From contig JBHGNT010000002.1 of assembly GCA_043228905.1 (NCBI GenBank), forward strand, positions 1,302,001-1,366,000: 64,000 nt of DNA. The letters are read 5' to 3'. The notes under the pieces were generated by a model that saw nothing but the letters and a program-made list of their open reading frames with translations, ran no database searches and was not told the origin of the DNA. Positions 24,413 to 36,956 of the stretch are shown one piece after another. A program made the translations under genes and the position numbers. Every line of letters starts with the position of its first letter. Position 1 is the first letter of the stretch. The stretch comes from Azolla caroliniana (Eukaryota > Plantae > Polypodiophyta).

Positions 24413-26419
24413 TGTGATTGGATAGAAGGAATGATAGGTGCATGCACTATCATGATTTGGACAACCAATGAATGGAGAGCCTTTTAGAAAGGCACATCTA
24501 TTCAAGGGTCCTAGGAAAAGGTATAAATATGAGGCTTAGCTACCTTCATAAGCACATTACGTCGTAAGGGTGCTCTCTTAGACACCCGTTGTGCGGGCTA
24601 GGCTTTCGTCTCGACGATCATGTAATCTCTTCCAAGGTATTAGTCATCCTAATATCTAGCGGTATGGGACGTCGGTGGTAGGTTGGATATGTCTAGATCA
24701 TAGCTCGGGGGTGGTCGGGTGGAACGGGTTCTTTTATCCAATCTATATTCCTTCTTTTATTTTATTTTGGTGTATTGATTAGTAATAGGCTCTTAACATA
24801 GGGGTAGTTAGGAACTTTAGGAAATAGAAGTTTGATGGGGTGATTATAGTAGTTTAACTTTATATAACTGTTGTTGAAATTGAGGTGTATTCCATGAAAA
24901 TAAAGTTCCACCACTTTTGGTGTTGGTAAGTTTAGGATCTCATTTTCCTCTTGTTTGGAAAGTCTAAATTTAGTGTAATCTCAAATTTCGTCATAATTGG
25001 ACCAATCGTCAAAATAGACTCTTGACCATTTCATCAATTTTTATGGACACTTTGGGTTTGTATCATTAGAGGCAAACTCACAATCTCATGCTTTTTCTCG
25101 AATGGTAGGCAATTTTAGGCTACAAAATCCTAGTTAGTCTATTGTCGTAGTCGAAAGAGTTTTAAGACATCTGTGACTCGATATGGCTAGTTTATGATGA
25201 ATGCCTTTCTCACGTTGACTGTCGTAGGCCTTGTAATTCACTACCCATGAGATTTAGTTTGTCATCAAATTTTGGGTGTTCAAATCCCAAAACCAACAAA
25301 TTTCATAGTGAGCTCTCTTGTTCCTTCCATAACTCCCTAGTCAAATAAAAATAAATTTCTATCTATTCAACATGCACCATTGCTTTTCTACTTACGTATG
25401 TACTTTTCATTATTCTTGCACAACAGCTTCGTTTTTGCAAAATGTATGTGAGTCTTATTTATAATGTCGTTCAATGACTACCTCTTACGAATTGCATCGA
25501 GTTTTTTTTCCTTATATATTCTTTGGTTCACTTGATCAAACCTTTGTATAACACACATGCGTTATTATTTTCTCCCTTCACACACCGCATCATGGCATCC
25601 AACCCCACTAAACCAATACATCCTTTTATGTGTCAAAAGATGGTGCGAGCAAAGTAGTTGTTACAACAAGGGCCTTTTTTGTTTGGATTGATTGCTTTCA
25701 CTTATTTATACCTGACCTAGTTTTGTGAAGAACACATTGGGTTTGCCCAATGTTAGTAAACCCTTTATCTTTTTTGCCTTCTAGATCCACTATGCCCATT
25801 CTTCCCACCATACCCACATTGATCACCTAATCCACCATGTTTGTTCTACTTATGTTTCATATGTGACCTGAGCGCACTTTGTGCACTTGACCACCACTTT
25901 CCCCGAGCATAACCCTTCAAGCCTTATGTATGTATGTAACACTCTTGTTGCGTCTATCCCCAAGGTCATGGTCACCACACACATGTCTTTTGTTGGATTT
26001 CCTTTGGTTCCATATTTGCCCCATTATAATACAAATATATGAGTGCATTTCTTCCTAACTAAAGGGAAAGTAGCTTCATTTTGGAAAAAAATAAATATAT
26101 GAGTGCATTTGAAAACATAAAAATGCTTATATACATTGCATAGATTCTATAGATATGTACATACACATACATTTTTAACGCACAAATAAGTATATCCGTA
26201 TGTAATATACATGAAATTGTTTGGAACTTCTAAGAAATTGAAATTTATATACATTCATTTATTCATGGATTATACATTGTGGATCATATGACAAAGTTTG
26301 GCAAATTTGTCAAAGAGGATATATGTAAATTATGTGCTTTTCGATCATAAAGAGCGACATGTAAAGGTGTGTGGCGCATTGTTGTAAAATACTTAGCATA
26401 AAATACGCTTCCAATATGT

Positions 26420-26728
26420 ATTCTAAGTACTCTACAAGTATTCTAACTTCTTTTTTGAAATACTTAGAATACGTATTTTATAGATAAAGTACGTTAAATA
26501 CGTTAAATACTTAGAATACATGTAGAATATATTTTGAATACTTAGAATACGTTTAGAATACTTAGAATACGTGTAGAATACGTTTTGAATACTTGTAAAA
26601 TACGTAAAATACTTCTTAAAATTTAAAGTTTTTTTTTTAAAAAGAAAATATTTTTTGAAATGATAAATACTTGTTAAATACGTTGAATACGTTGAATACG
26701 TCAAATTTTTAGAATATGTTGAATACGT
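26420..26728. repeat. AT-rich degenerate ~9-bp repeat (GAATACGTT/AAATACTTA)
   Basis: Many recurrent AATAC(G/T)T units. Confidence 0.7.
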
Positions 26729-28770
26729 TGTCGTAGTGTAATTCGCACACTACGTGAAAAATTGCATTTTTGGTCTCTCCGGATAGGACATTGAGTATTG
26801 CGAATTATTACGAGTGTTTAAAAAATGGTTTCTAAAATACAAAGAAAAAGAAAAAAGAAAGAGTATAACGGGTTTGAAGACACATCTATAACCTACTTAT
26901 ATAAAGGAGAGGCTACAGGAAATAAACTCATGTTTAAGCTATGATAAATTTTCTCATAAGATCTATATGAGGGTAAATTAATTCGCAATACTTAAATGCA
27001 AGCTAAAGCATGTTTTCCACATGGTGGCATATGCTTAGGCTTGGCCACATGAAACCATATATAAGGGATCCACATTATGAGGTTTAGTGGGCGGAATTGA
27101 AGATACGACCAAGTGTCTAACTCAGATACATATCTTTCTACCTACAAAGAAAAAGTCTACTTTATAAACACTCATCCCAACTTATAATAAACATAACAGT
27201 TTCCTTCTCACCTTATCTTGTTTAATTAAATTATGTCCTTCCTTTATCAATTGTTTAAGGTCTATTTATTCTAATAGAATGGTCATGGATTGATACCTAT
27301 CTCTACAAAACTTCCTCTAAATTATATTTTCACGCGTTTCAATCTTGAATCCTTCTTTGCTGCCACTTGTGAATAGAGGGTAGACACTTGTTTGTGAGGT
27401 GTAAAATGTGCACACTACAAAATTTCGTGAACCCAATGCAAAGACCATGTAGTGAGTAATGGAGGCACTAACGACAAATGGAACATGGAGCTCCTCGTGT
27501 TGATGACGCATGACATAGAGGAGATGGTTGAAGTAGAAGGAAAACACTAGGCATGATCATTCTTGCACCAAGGGATTCAAAAGATTCTTTTGTATAACTT
27601 TTATCGAGCGGTATAGGACATAATGAATTGACAATCTTTTTAAAAGTGATTTATGAAAATTTGGGGAGGTACAGAGTAGATAGTTGTTCAAAAGGATGGC
27701 ACTTGAAGTAGAAGGTGGTAATGGTTAACTATGGTAAGGGATTGAACATTAATGATGATGATTGTGTTGAGGGTGAATGCAATGATGAGGTTGAGAGTAG
27801 GTGTTGATATAAGGGTAGGTATTACTATATTAAATAAAGGTGGCGTGGTAGTTGTGGTTAGATTGTGATGAGGTTAAGGGTAAGTATGATGAAAATGGTA
27901 AGGAGGATAATGAGGTTCGTGAGGATGCTGATAAAGGCGTATATGCTTTAAGTTGCGATAATAGTAAGAGTTTTTTGTGGTGATGATAGGTTTTGTGATT
28001 CTTAACCACACATATTCTATGTATAATGTATGGATACTCCTTGGAACATGTGTTGTATTAAAGCCCACAATTTACTTTGGAAATAAGAGATACCCTTACA
28101 TTCAATGAAGTGGTTACCTTAGATATCCCACTCACTCTCCCATTCATTGTTAGTTTCCTCATAAATTTTATGTGTAACTCCATAATTTGGAAGAATAATT
28201 CGAGGTATAATGTGAGTATAGTTGAAAATGATGATGTATGTCTAAAAATTATGTCACTAGCTTTCATAGGAGTAAATTGTAATGAAGGTAAGGGGGATCA
28301 TTGCTTTAGATTATTTTTCATCATCATAATAATGAGGATAAGCAATAGTAGTCTTTGATAATAATATCCTTTGATGTTGGATGATGCTAGTAAGAGTATA
28401 TGCATTCTTAATGGTTACACTTGTTTATGACTGTTTACAACTTCAAATGATATTTATTTTATGTTTAAGTATAAAATGTGCTCTTTATTTTCACATGTTT
28501 AATATTGGAAGCACCATTTTAAAAAGCCAATATAAAGACAAAGTTATGCAAAATGAAGCATAGTATGAATATATATATAGCGGGATGACATGATGAGAAG
28601 ACAAAGTTTTTCTTTGTCGTTTTCAAATGATCTAAACATGTTAAACTATTAGAAAGTTTAATGAAAAGAAGATAATTTGTCATTCTTTCTGTATTTAGTA
28701 TAATCTACTGATAATTTATTACATTCTCAATTCAAGGCCCATAAATAAAAAGTATATAAAACACACACAT

Positions 28771-28807
<37 letters not shown>

Positions 28808-28839
28808 AAATCTACTTGGAAAGAGTTTGAAAATGTCCA

Positions 28840-29128
28840 AAAGCATTATTTTACAAAGTTTGTCAAAGTCAAGAAACAAACACAATACACCCTCCTACTT
28901 CTTAAGATGGGTTCACTTCCCATTGAGATTATGTCCATAGAAAGGGTTCTCGAATACATGATTAAGGTAAAAAAAAATCCCCCACATCGGCTTCCTAGAA
29001 TTGTACGGGAAATAAGCAAAAAGATCCAAAAAACACATAAAAACAAAATTGTATGTTTCGATTGGATGCAAGATGTAGAAAAAAGGTTTGGAAGATGGCA
29101 TACAATACACTTGCTCCATTATGTATCA
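28840..29128 (+). pseudogene. LINE remnant (post-RT region)
   Basis: MGSLPIEIMSIERVLEY...HRLPRIV...W pattern typical of RTE/CR1-like ORF2 C-termini. Confidence 0.45.
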
Positions 29129-32100
29129 TGTCACGGACAAGTATAATAGAGCAGAGCAAAGACAAGACTAGAAAACAAGAGAGAGGAAAAGAACAAGAAC
29201 TGAACTTATTGTTAATGGGAGGGGGGATGAAGCCTAGAATGGTTCCACCCCCCTCCCAAGGGGGTTACGATAGAGAGAGAGGAGAGTGAAAATAAGAAAT
29301 GACACCAAAATGAGAGGGGAAAAAGTTATATTCATTACATGCCCCATAAAGGGTTTTTATAGTACATGAGGTAACCATTACAAAAGAATGAGACAAGTAC
29401 GGAGTTACATTATTGACCCAGTCTCTCACTTTTGTACACATGCACACAAATGTGCATGTGTTCATACACATACACATACACATACTCATCCTCACACACT
29501 CATACACATCAACCACATTATCATGTTCCACCCCTCATGCCGCCCCGTATATTCTTACGGGTAACACTTATAGAATCCGTAACTGGTGTTGTTCACCTTG
29601 ATTAGAATCAAGGTGCACCTGAGTATTTATACAAGAAGGTAGGGCTATGTAAGCCAACTAGAAATAGAGTATGCATGAGGATGCATGCAATAGAGAATGC
29701 ATGAGAATGTGTGCAAGCTAGAAATGAGGATGCATGCAAGCTAGGCACTTCCAATGTTCAATCTAGACTACATGAAGTTGGATTTGGTACAAGGATGCAT
29801 ATGTAGCTCAATTGGTAGGGTTGCTCAATACAAACCATGAGGTCTTGGGTTCAATTCCTACCTTCCTCCTTGGCATATCTTTATGACATTATCCTCCCTC
29901 TAAGGCCGCCTCTTAACACCCGTGGCCGATCCGCATTTTGTAAATGTCTAACTGGTTCCCATGGGGCGTCTAAAAGAGGGTAACCTTTCCATAAGACCAA
30001 GTATTGAAGTCTTCGTCGATGCAAGCGGGAGTCGAGGATCCGGTCAACCTCGTACTCCTCACCTATCGATAATTCCACGGGTGGCGATAGGGGAGGTTGT
30101 CGTCCTAGAATGCGAGAAGGATGGTAGAGTTCGAGAAGAGAGACGTGGAAAACATTGTGAAGCTGAAATGTGGGGGGGAGCGCTAACCGGAAGGTGACTG
30201 GGTTAACGCGCTCGAGGATACGGAAGGGACCTAGCTTTTTGTAGTTGACCTTCGTGTAGGGACGGGTGGTTGTGATGTGGTGACGTAGGAACCAAACCAT
30301 GTCACCGACTGCGAAGGTCGGCGCGACCAAGCAATGTCGGTTAGTGTGAGCTTTATACTGTTTGCCAACAGCTCAGAGCTTGAGGGAGAGGTCATGATGG
30401 ACATCTTGTAAGGTGTGGGCACACCTCTCGGCCGACAGATTGATGGAAAACTCCGGAATGGAAATGCTGAAACGAGCATGGTGGAAACCGTAGTTTGCAA
30501 AGAATGGGGAAACCTTAGTTGAGGCATGGATACTATTATTGTAGGCAAATTCCGCCATGGCAAGGAAGTCCACCCAATCATCTTGTTGGTGGCTGACTGT
30601 ACAACAGGGGTATTGTTCGAGGATTTGGTTGACTCTTTCGGTTTGGCCATTAGTTTGAGGGTGGTGCACTGTTGACAAGTTCACAGAAGTCCCGAATGTC
30701 TGTAGAAGTCCGTGCTAGAAGTGGGAGATAAATTGAGGATCTCGATCAAAAGTGGCATCATCAGGGAAGTCGTGTAATCGGACGGCATTTTTCAGAAAAA
30801 GGTCAGCCGTCTCCTCCCTTGAAATGGTTTTCAAACATGGGACAAAGTGAGCAATCTTCGAAAACCAATCGCCGACCACTAGCACTATGTCATGGTCACT
30901 GACCCGAGGAAGGTCGTGATAAAGTGCATGGAGAGAGATGCCCAAGGTCGACTGTGAATTGGAAGTGGGGGTAGAAGGCCGTATGGACGATGGTGAGCTG
31001 CTTTGGAGTGAGCACAGACAAATTAAATTCCTTGACCAATTTCCAAGGTTGGGGCCACCAAAACCCCCGAGACAGCAACACCAACGTTTTTGCGACCCCA
31101 AAGTGTCCAATAAAAGGATCATCGTGGCAAGTTTGTAGTACTCGGATGTGACATGTGCCAGCTGGTATGTAAAGGAGGTGATTACAATAGAGTAGCCCAT
31201 CCTAAGTTGTAAAGTGACTGAGATCCGAGCTTTGCATTTCTTGGGATGGGTTGTTGAGGCGCACCATGATGTCAGTAGCGAAAGGGTCCAACGTGGTTCC
31301 TTGGGCGATCTCGTTGAGCAAGGAATCATCATGCAACATATAGGTTGCGAACATGTGGAGTTGATCGGGCTGCAATAAATAATGCGATTGCTAAGAATAT
31401 GGGTCGTCACTTGGGCATAATGCAAAGTCGGGTCGCCAAGAGAGACCATATGCTTTCCCATGTTGAAGATTGGGTCGAAACAAGATTTCGAAGTCGTAAT
31501 CTTCGAGAAAAGATAACCAACGAGCCTGCCTCCAATTCAATGTACGAGTGGTGGTGAAGTAGATGAGATTCTTGTGGTCAATCAACACTTGAATACGATG
31601 TTGGGCCCTGGCCAGATAGGGTCGCCATTCGGTGAAGGCCAAGATAATAGATGCAAGCTCCTTGTCGTAGACTGGATAATTGATTTCCTGGTCTGTAAAC
31701 TTCTGAGAATAGAAGGCGATCAGATGTAGGGTGCCATCATTGCCGGGCTGAGACAAAATCGCACCTATGGCAAAGTCGGAGGCGTCTGTTTCAACCTGGA
31801 AAGGGCGGGTGGGATCGGGGTGGACTAACACGGGGTCGAAGAGAAAAGCTGCTTTGAGGGCATTAAAAGCATTGTGTGTCGCGGGAGTCCAAAGAAATGG
31901 AGTATCTTTCCGGGTAAGTTGGATGAGAGGTTGGACTAGGGAAGAGAACCTGTCTATAAATCGTCTATAAAAATTTGCAAAACCAAGAAACGATTGTACC
32001 TCTTTCAGCCGAATCAGGAGAAGCCAATCAATGATTGCCGCTACCTTGCGTTCATCCATTGTGATCCCGGTAGGTGAAAGCATGTAACCCAGGAATTCGA

Positions 32101-33692
32101 CAAAGGTTCGATCGAATTCACATTTCTCACTTTTGGCGAAGAGCCCATATTCCCAGAGTTTGGTGAGAACCAACCAGACGTGGTGTGTGCTCCTCCCAGA
32201 GTTTGGAAGAAAAAACTACGATGCATCAAGGTAGATGACCACGAAACGATCGAGATACTCTCAAAAAATATCATTCATCATGTGCTGGAAGACGACCGGA
32301 GCATTGGTAAGGCCGAATGGCATCACTTTGTACTCAAAATTTTCATAGCGCGTCTGAAAAGCCGTTTTCCACTCGTCCCCAGGCTTGATGCGCACCAAAT
32401 TGTAGGCGCCCCGAAGGTCGATTTTGGAGAAGATATACCCAGTTCGGCGTCGATCGAGGAGCGTTGGAATTAAGGGGCAGGGGGTAACGATTACGCACCA
32501 TAACTTTGTTGAGACCCCGATAATCCACACACAAGCGTAAGGAGCCGTCCTTCTTTTTGACAAATATGATCGGTGCCCCGGCCAGTAATTTGGAGGGTTG
32601 AATGAAGCCCTTCGCGAGATTGTCAGCCAAATATATGCGGAGAGCCTCAAGTTCGGGTTCAGATAACCCACAGATAAGACCGAATGGGGCATGCTTGCCA
32701 GCTTGGAGTTCAATTGGACAATCGTAGGGGCGATGAGTCGGTAACAGATCAATATTCTGCTTTTCGAAGATGTCGGAAAAGTCGTTATATCGGATGGGTA
32801 TATTGTTGACATGAACGATGATGTCCCCCGACACAATGGCCAGTGTAGCGACCAAACCAGACTTCACCGCAATGGAATCAAGAGAGTGTCGTGACCTAGC
32901 AGGAATTGGCCTTATTGGAAAAGTGATGGAGTGGTTACACCAATCCACCATCGGATTATGTGTCTCCAACCAAGATAACCCCAACACAATTGGATGTCGG
33001 GGGTTGTGATGAGGTAGAACGTGAGTTCCTCCTGATGCACCCCTACTTGAAGTATCAACGGGATAGTGGCTTCGGTAACCGCCCCCAAAGAGAGAACCCG
33101 ACCGTCAATCGCTTCAATGGATATGGGTTGTGATGTGCGGACGGTGGGGATATTATGTGAGCGGACAAATGATTTATCGATAAAGCAAGTAGATACTCCA
33201 GAATCAAGCAAGGCATGAGAATGTATTGAAGTCGAACCAAAACAAATGCTTACTTGCAAAGAAAACCCCCTAACGGCGGAACGGACTTGTAGGAGCATGG
33301 AGAAGGTGACTAACGGGAAGCGTCCAACGGCATGGCTCCTACTACAGCCGGACTTGGTCGTTTTTCCTGTTGTCGAGGAACCTCTGCAAGACGTGCACGA
33401 TGGAATTGGTGCCATGGGCCCCGCACCGGGCAGTGGCAGATGACATGGCCGGGGTTGCCACAATATAGACTGAGTCCATTGTCCCGACGATGTTGGTGTT
33501 GGGCTTTAGTTAGTGGTTGGAACCGAGCATTGTTGATGTCCATCGGGGTATGGAAATAGACCTCCCGACGTGGTATGGGTATCACTGAGTGATGGTAAGG
33601 TTGGCGTGGGAGACAAGTAGGGCCTGATGATTGATGCGTTTCGGGAAGAAGCCTGATACCCACTAGTCCCTCGTTCTTCTTGACGAAGTTCG
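29129..33692 (-). mobile_element. Chromovirus-type Ty3/gypsy element G (5'-truncated); 3' LTR ~29129-29888
   Basis: ALLDSGVSTCF; [10 protein letters not shown]; ETDASDFAIG; [10 protein letters not shown]; GPF; chromodomain EYEVDRILDSR...QYLVLWKGY; PPT AGAGGGAGGA before TGTCA. The far LTR boundary is uncertain. Confidence 0.88.
29804..29858 (+). promoter_or_regulatory. tRNA-type A/B-box module in chromovirus LTR U3, antisense to the element
   Basis: TAGCTCAATTGG (29804-29815) and GGTTCAATTCC (29848-29858). Confidence 0.75.
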
Positions 33693-34745
33693 TGTTAGGA
33701 CTTCGGTCCCTCCGGATGGGATATGAGTACCCGACAAGGAAGACCCGATGAGAACCGGATGATGTAGGCCCGGTGAGAACCTCTCACCGGATGAAGAGAC
33801 ATATATATATAAATATGTTTCTGAGAGCCCGTTGGGGCTATACTTGTAAATAGTCCTAATGTCATATTAGTATAAATATGACCTAGGACAAACACTTATA
33901 GTTGGGTTGTCATTATTTTGTATAGAGTTATTTGTGTAGGGCTGATTCACCAGGCAACATCGTTGGAAGTACCTCTCGCCGATGAGGTACTAGCACTGCT
34001 CCTGCTCGGTTCCCTCTCGGATAGCTGGGAGACGTTGCTTGTCACTTTAGGCATCGCCGGGCCGGAAGGAAAACAGTTATCCCTAGCAAAAGTCAAGTCG
34101 AGCTTGCTAGATGAGGATCTCCGACCCCAAAGTGCTCCTTACAGAATCGAAACGCGGAAGACAAAGGAACCGAAGTGTCCCCAGAACCGGGAAAAGTCGG
34201 GGACACGGTCAAAGTCAAGGGGAAGGCCCACTTGCTTCTACCGTGGGAAGACGGGGCACTTCAAGAAGAACTATCGGCATTTCTGGAAAGACAAGGGAAC
34301 CGACATACCGATTCGAAGAAGTCACCAGACCGAAACGGTTCGGATCAGTGAGGACTGAACCGGAAGGGAACGACGGAAATCGTGGCAAGTGAAGAGGAGT
34401 TGATGCTCATCACCGAGGAGAGGGAGGTGAACCTTGCCAGCGACGAGACAACGTGGGTTGTTGATTCTGGAGCGTCGTTGCACCTGACCCCGGACTGGAA
34501 ATGATTCTCATCCTACACAACAAGTGATCACGGATGTGTCCGGATGGGGAATGAAGGTACATGCCGAATTGTTGGCATAGGAGACGTGTGGCTGACAACA
34601 CCAACCTGATGCATGTTGCTGGTGAAGGATGTCTGACACGTTTCGGAGGTTCGACTGAACCCGATATCAACCGGTAGGCTAGATGATGAAGGCTACACGG
34701 GTAGCTTCCGGAACGGTGTCATGAAGTTCTGCAAAGGGAGCCTCA
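33693..34745 (+). mobile_element. Deleted copia-Y copy (partial LTR, gag, PR)
   Basis: Starts TGTTAGGA; QATSLEVPLADEVLALLLL; WVVDSGAS; its probable continuation is 42471-43648. Confidence 0.8.
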
Positions 34746-36956
34746 ATGGGAATGAGGTCCTAAAATTTTTGGGAGCCTACAAGGCCGAGATGGCGAAAGG
34801 GGGCGTGGACGAGGCGATGCGGCTAGAGTATTTTCCTCGAGTGGCGGCCGTATCGGTGCACAAGGAGGGTCAAGGAGCTACGAGAAGCTCACGAGCCATG
34901 GGAGTCCTTTGAGGGAGATCTATTGGACGCATACGGATACGCGAAACCGGAGTGGGTATGCCGGCAACCCGATGGGGAGCGGTTGGCAACAACGTGGCCC
35001 ACGAGCGGTGGAGAAGAGAGGGCGGTGAGCGGCTACGCACTACCGACGGAAGAGAGCTTGACACGTTGTTGGGGTAGTTGTGGTTCGTGCGGCGAAGTCG
35101 CAAGGACTAAGGTTAAGGGGAGTTGAAGGAACTTTTATTAGGCTTGCGCGCAAATGTTAGGAAGATAAAGGATATGAGGAATAATAGTTTAAAGTAATAT
35201 GTGTGAGAGAGAGACTAGTATAGATAAAAGATAGAGGCAATGTATGATTCAAGACGCAAGATAGAGACAAAGTATGATTTAAGACAAAAAAGTATATGAT
35301 ATGAACATGATGTATATTATGAATACAATATTTTACCAACTTTACAATGTTTGGTAGCAAGATGAACCCTTTCTCTACCGACCCTTGATTCGAACTCTTG
35401 ACTCCAACTTGGAAACACGAGCCTCTTCACCAACAAGCTAACTTGTTTGTTTCTTTGATTATCTTATTTCTCTAACTTTCTCTTGATCCCCTTCCTTGTT
35501 TTCCCTTTCCCCTCTTATATAAGTGTTGCCATGCATATGGTAATGTATGGGAGCATGGCATGCATGAGTTACATGTAATGCATGATCGCCATTTGGCGCA
35601 CATGCATTGCATGTGATGAATGATGGCAATGTATGAAAATAGATATGAGATAATTATAATGATGAAAATGCATTCTAAAATAACTAACCTAGCTTAGTGG
35701 TGTATGCTTGGTGCTTGGTATACAAGGTTGAGGGTTCAAGTCCCTCAATTTTACTTAATACAATATATAGCTTCATTCTTATATCATGAAGCACATTTAT
35801 TACACACTTTTACAAATAAATAGCCTAGCCTAGTGGTATGTACATTGTACATCGTATATAAGGATGTGGGTTCAAGTCTCTCAAATATTATTAAATACAA
35901 CATTTAAGCTCATTTTTATATCGTGAAGCACATTCTTCACGACAACGCGATCAACCGGAGGAGTACGACTTAGAGGCGTTGTTATGGGAGGCAAGCCCGG
36001 GATGGAAGGAGTCGGCACAAGGTATTCGAGAGGAGGAGACGGTCGAACCGAAGGAGGGACACACGCTGTACGCGGTACGCGGAATCCGGCGTGCGATTGG
36101 AGTGACCGGGGGCCCAATCAAAGAACATACGTGGCAGACCAAGTCGAGGTGATTGAGTCGGCAACAGCGTTCGGGAGGACCGATCAGGAAGGAAGGCGCG
36201 AAAGTCGGATATGGCGGATCGGATGGAGCTGACGGTTCGGGGACACGCAGTGGACGTGGGGGATCGGATGGAGCCGGCGGGTCGAGCCCGGTAAGGAGCC
36301 AGCAAGACGGATCGGCGCCGGCAAGGGACTGGCAAGACGGCTCGGTGCCGGTAAGGCTAAGGACCCAGTTGGTCACCCTCGCCAAAATCTCTCACCCTTT
36401 TCCTTTCTTGGCACATACCGTTGGATGTGTGGTTTGGTGGGGGCCGATGTTGTGAAAATTTTCGTACATAGGCGGAAACCGGGGTGGAAAGGGCAAGTCG
36501 GTGGTGTGCAACATGTGCACATGTATACTAGGAAATGGTGTATAGAAATAAGAGGGGAAATTTTATCCCACATTGTAAGGTCCCTCCCTCCTTGGGCTAT
36601 AAAAGGAAGGGAGGGGTCACTTATGAAGGGGTTGCCTATTTTGCGTATGAAAGGTATACCACTTAGTGTAGAGTTCTTACCATTTTAGGGTTTCCTTATT
36701 CATCTTCGGTTAGGGTTTTCTCATAGTTTTGGTGCGGTCCATGCGGCCACCATTGTTGTAATCATTCATTCGTTTTAATATATCTTGTTGAGTATCTTAC
36801 CTCCGCCGATCTCTCCTTCTATGTAGTGATCTTATTCTTTCTTCTTCTCCTCTTGAGCTAAGCTTCCAAACATATCTTATTCTTTCTCCTCTACTCCCTA
36901 GTCCGAAACCCCCGTGGTCCCGCCCCTTCTACACGCACGCGCGTAACAACGTGACA
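34746..36956 (+). mobile_element. Partial D-family copy D2 with 3' LTR 36448-36956
   Basis: Gag segment nearly identical to 57975-58160; LTR TGTTGTGAAA...ACGTGACA. Confidence 0.8.
35067..35944 (-). mobile_element. AT-rich solo LTR E3 with three A/B-box modules
   Basis: Ends CTTCACGACA; TSD ACGT/ACGC; host sequence resumes across it; modules at 35381-35440 (-), 35690-35743 (+) and 35826-35879 (+). Confidence 0.75.

Noticed and set aside
23558-24487. 309-aa repetitive ORF, and similar ORFs at 4714-5375, 5692-6273 and 38185-38649
   Set aside because: These are by-products of the stop-poor 54-bp LTR array.
27560-28760. Possible host gene in the AT-rich stretch
   Set aside because: Only short ORFs without recognisable motifs or a credible exon structure.
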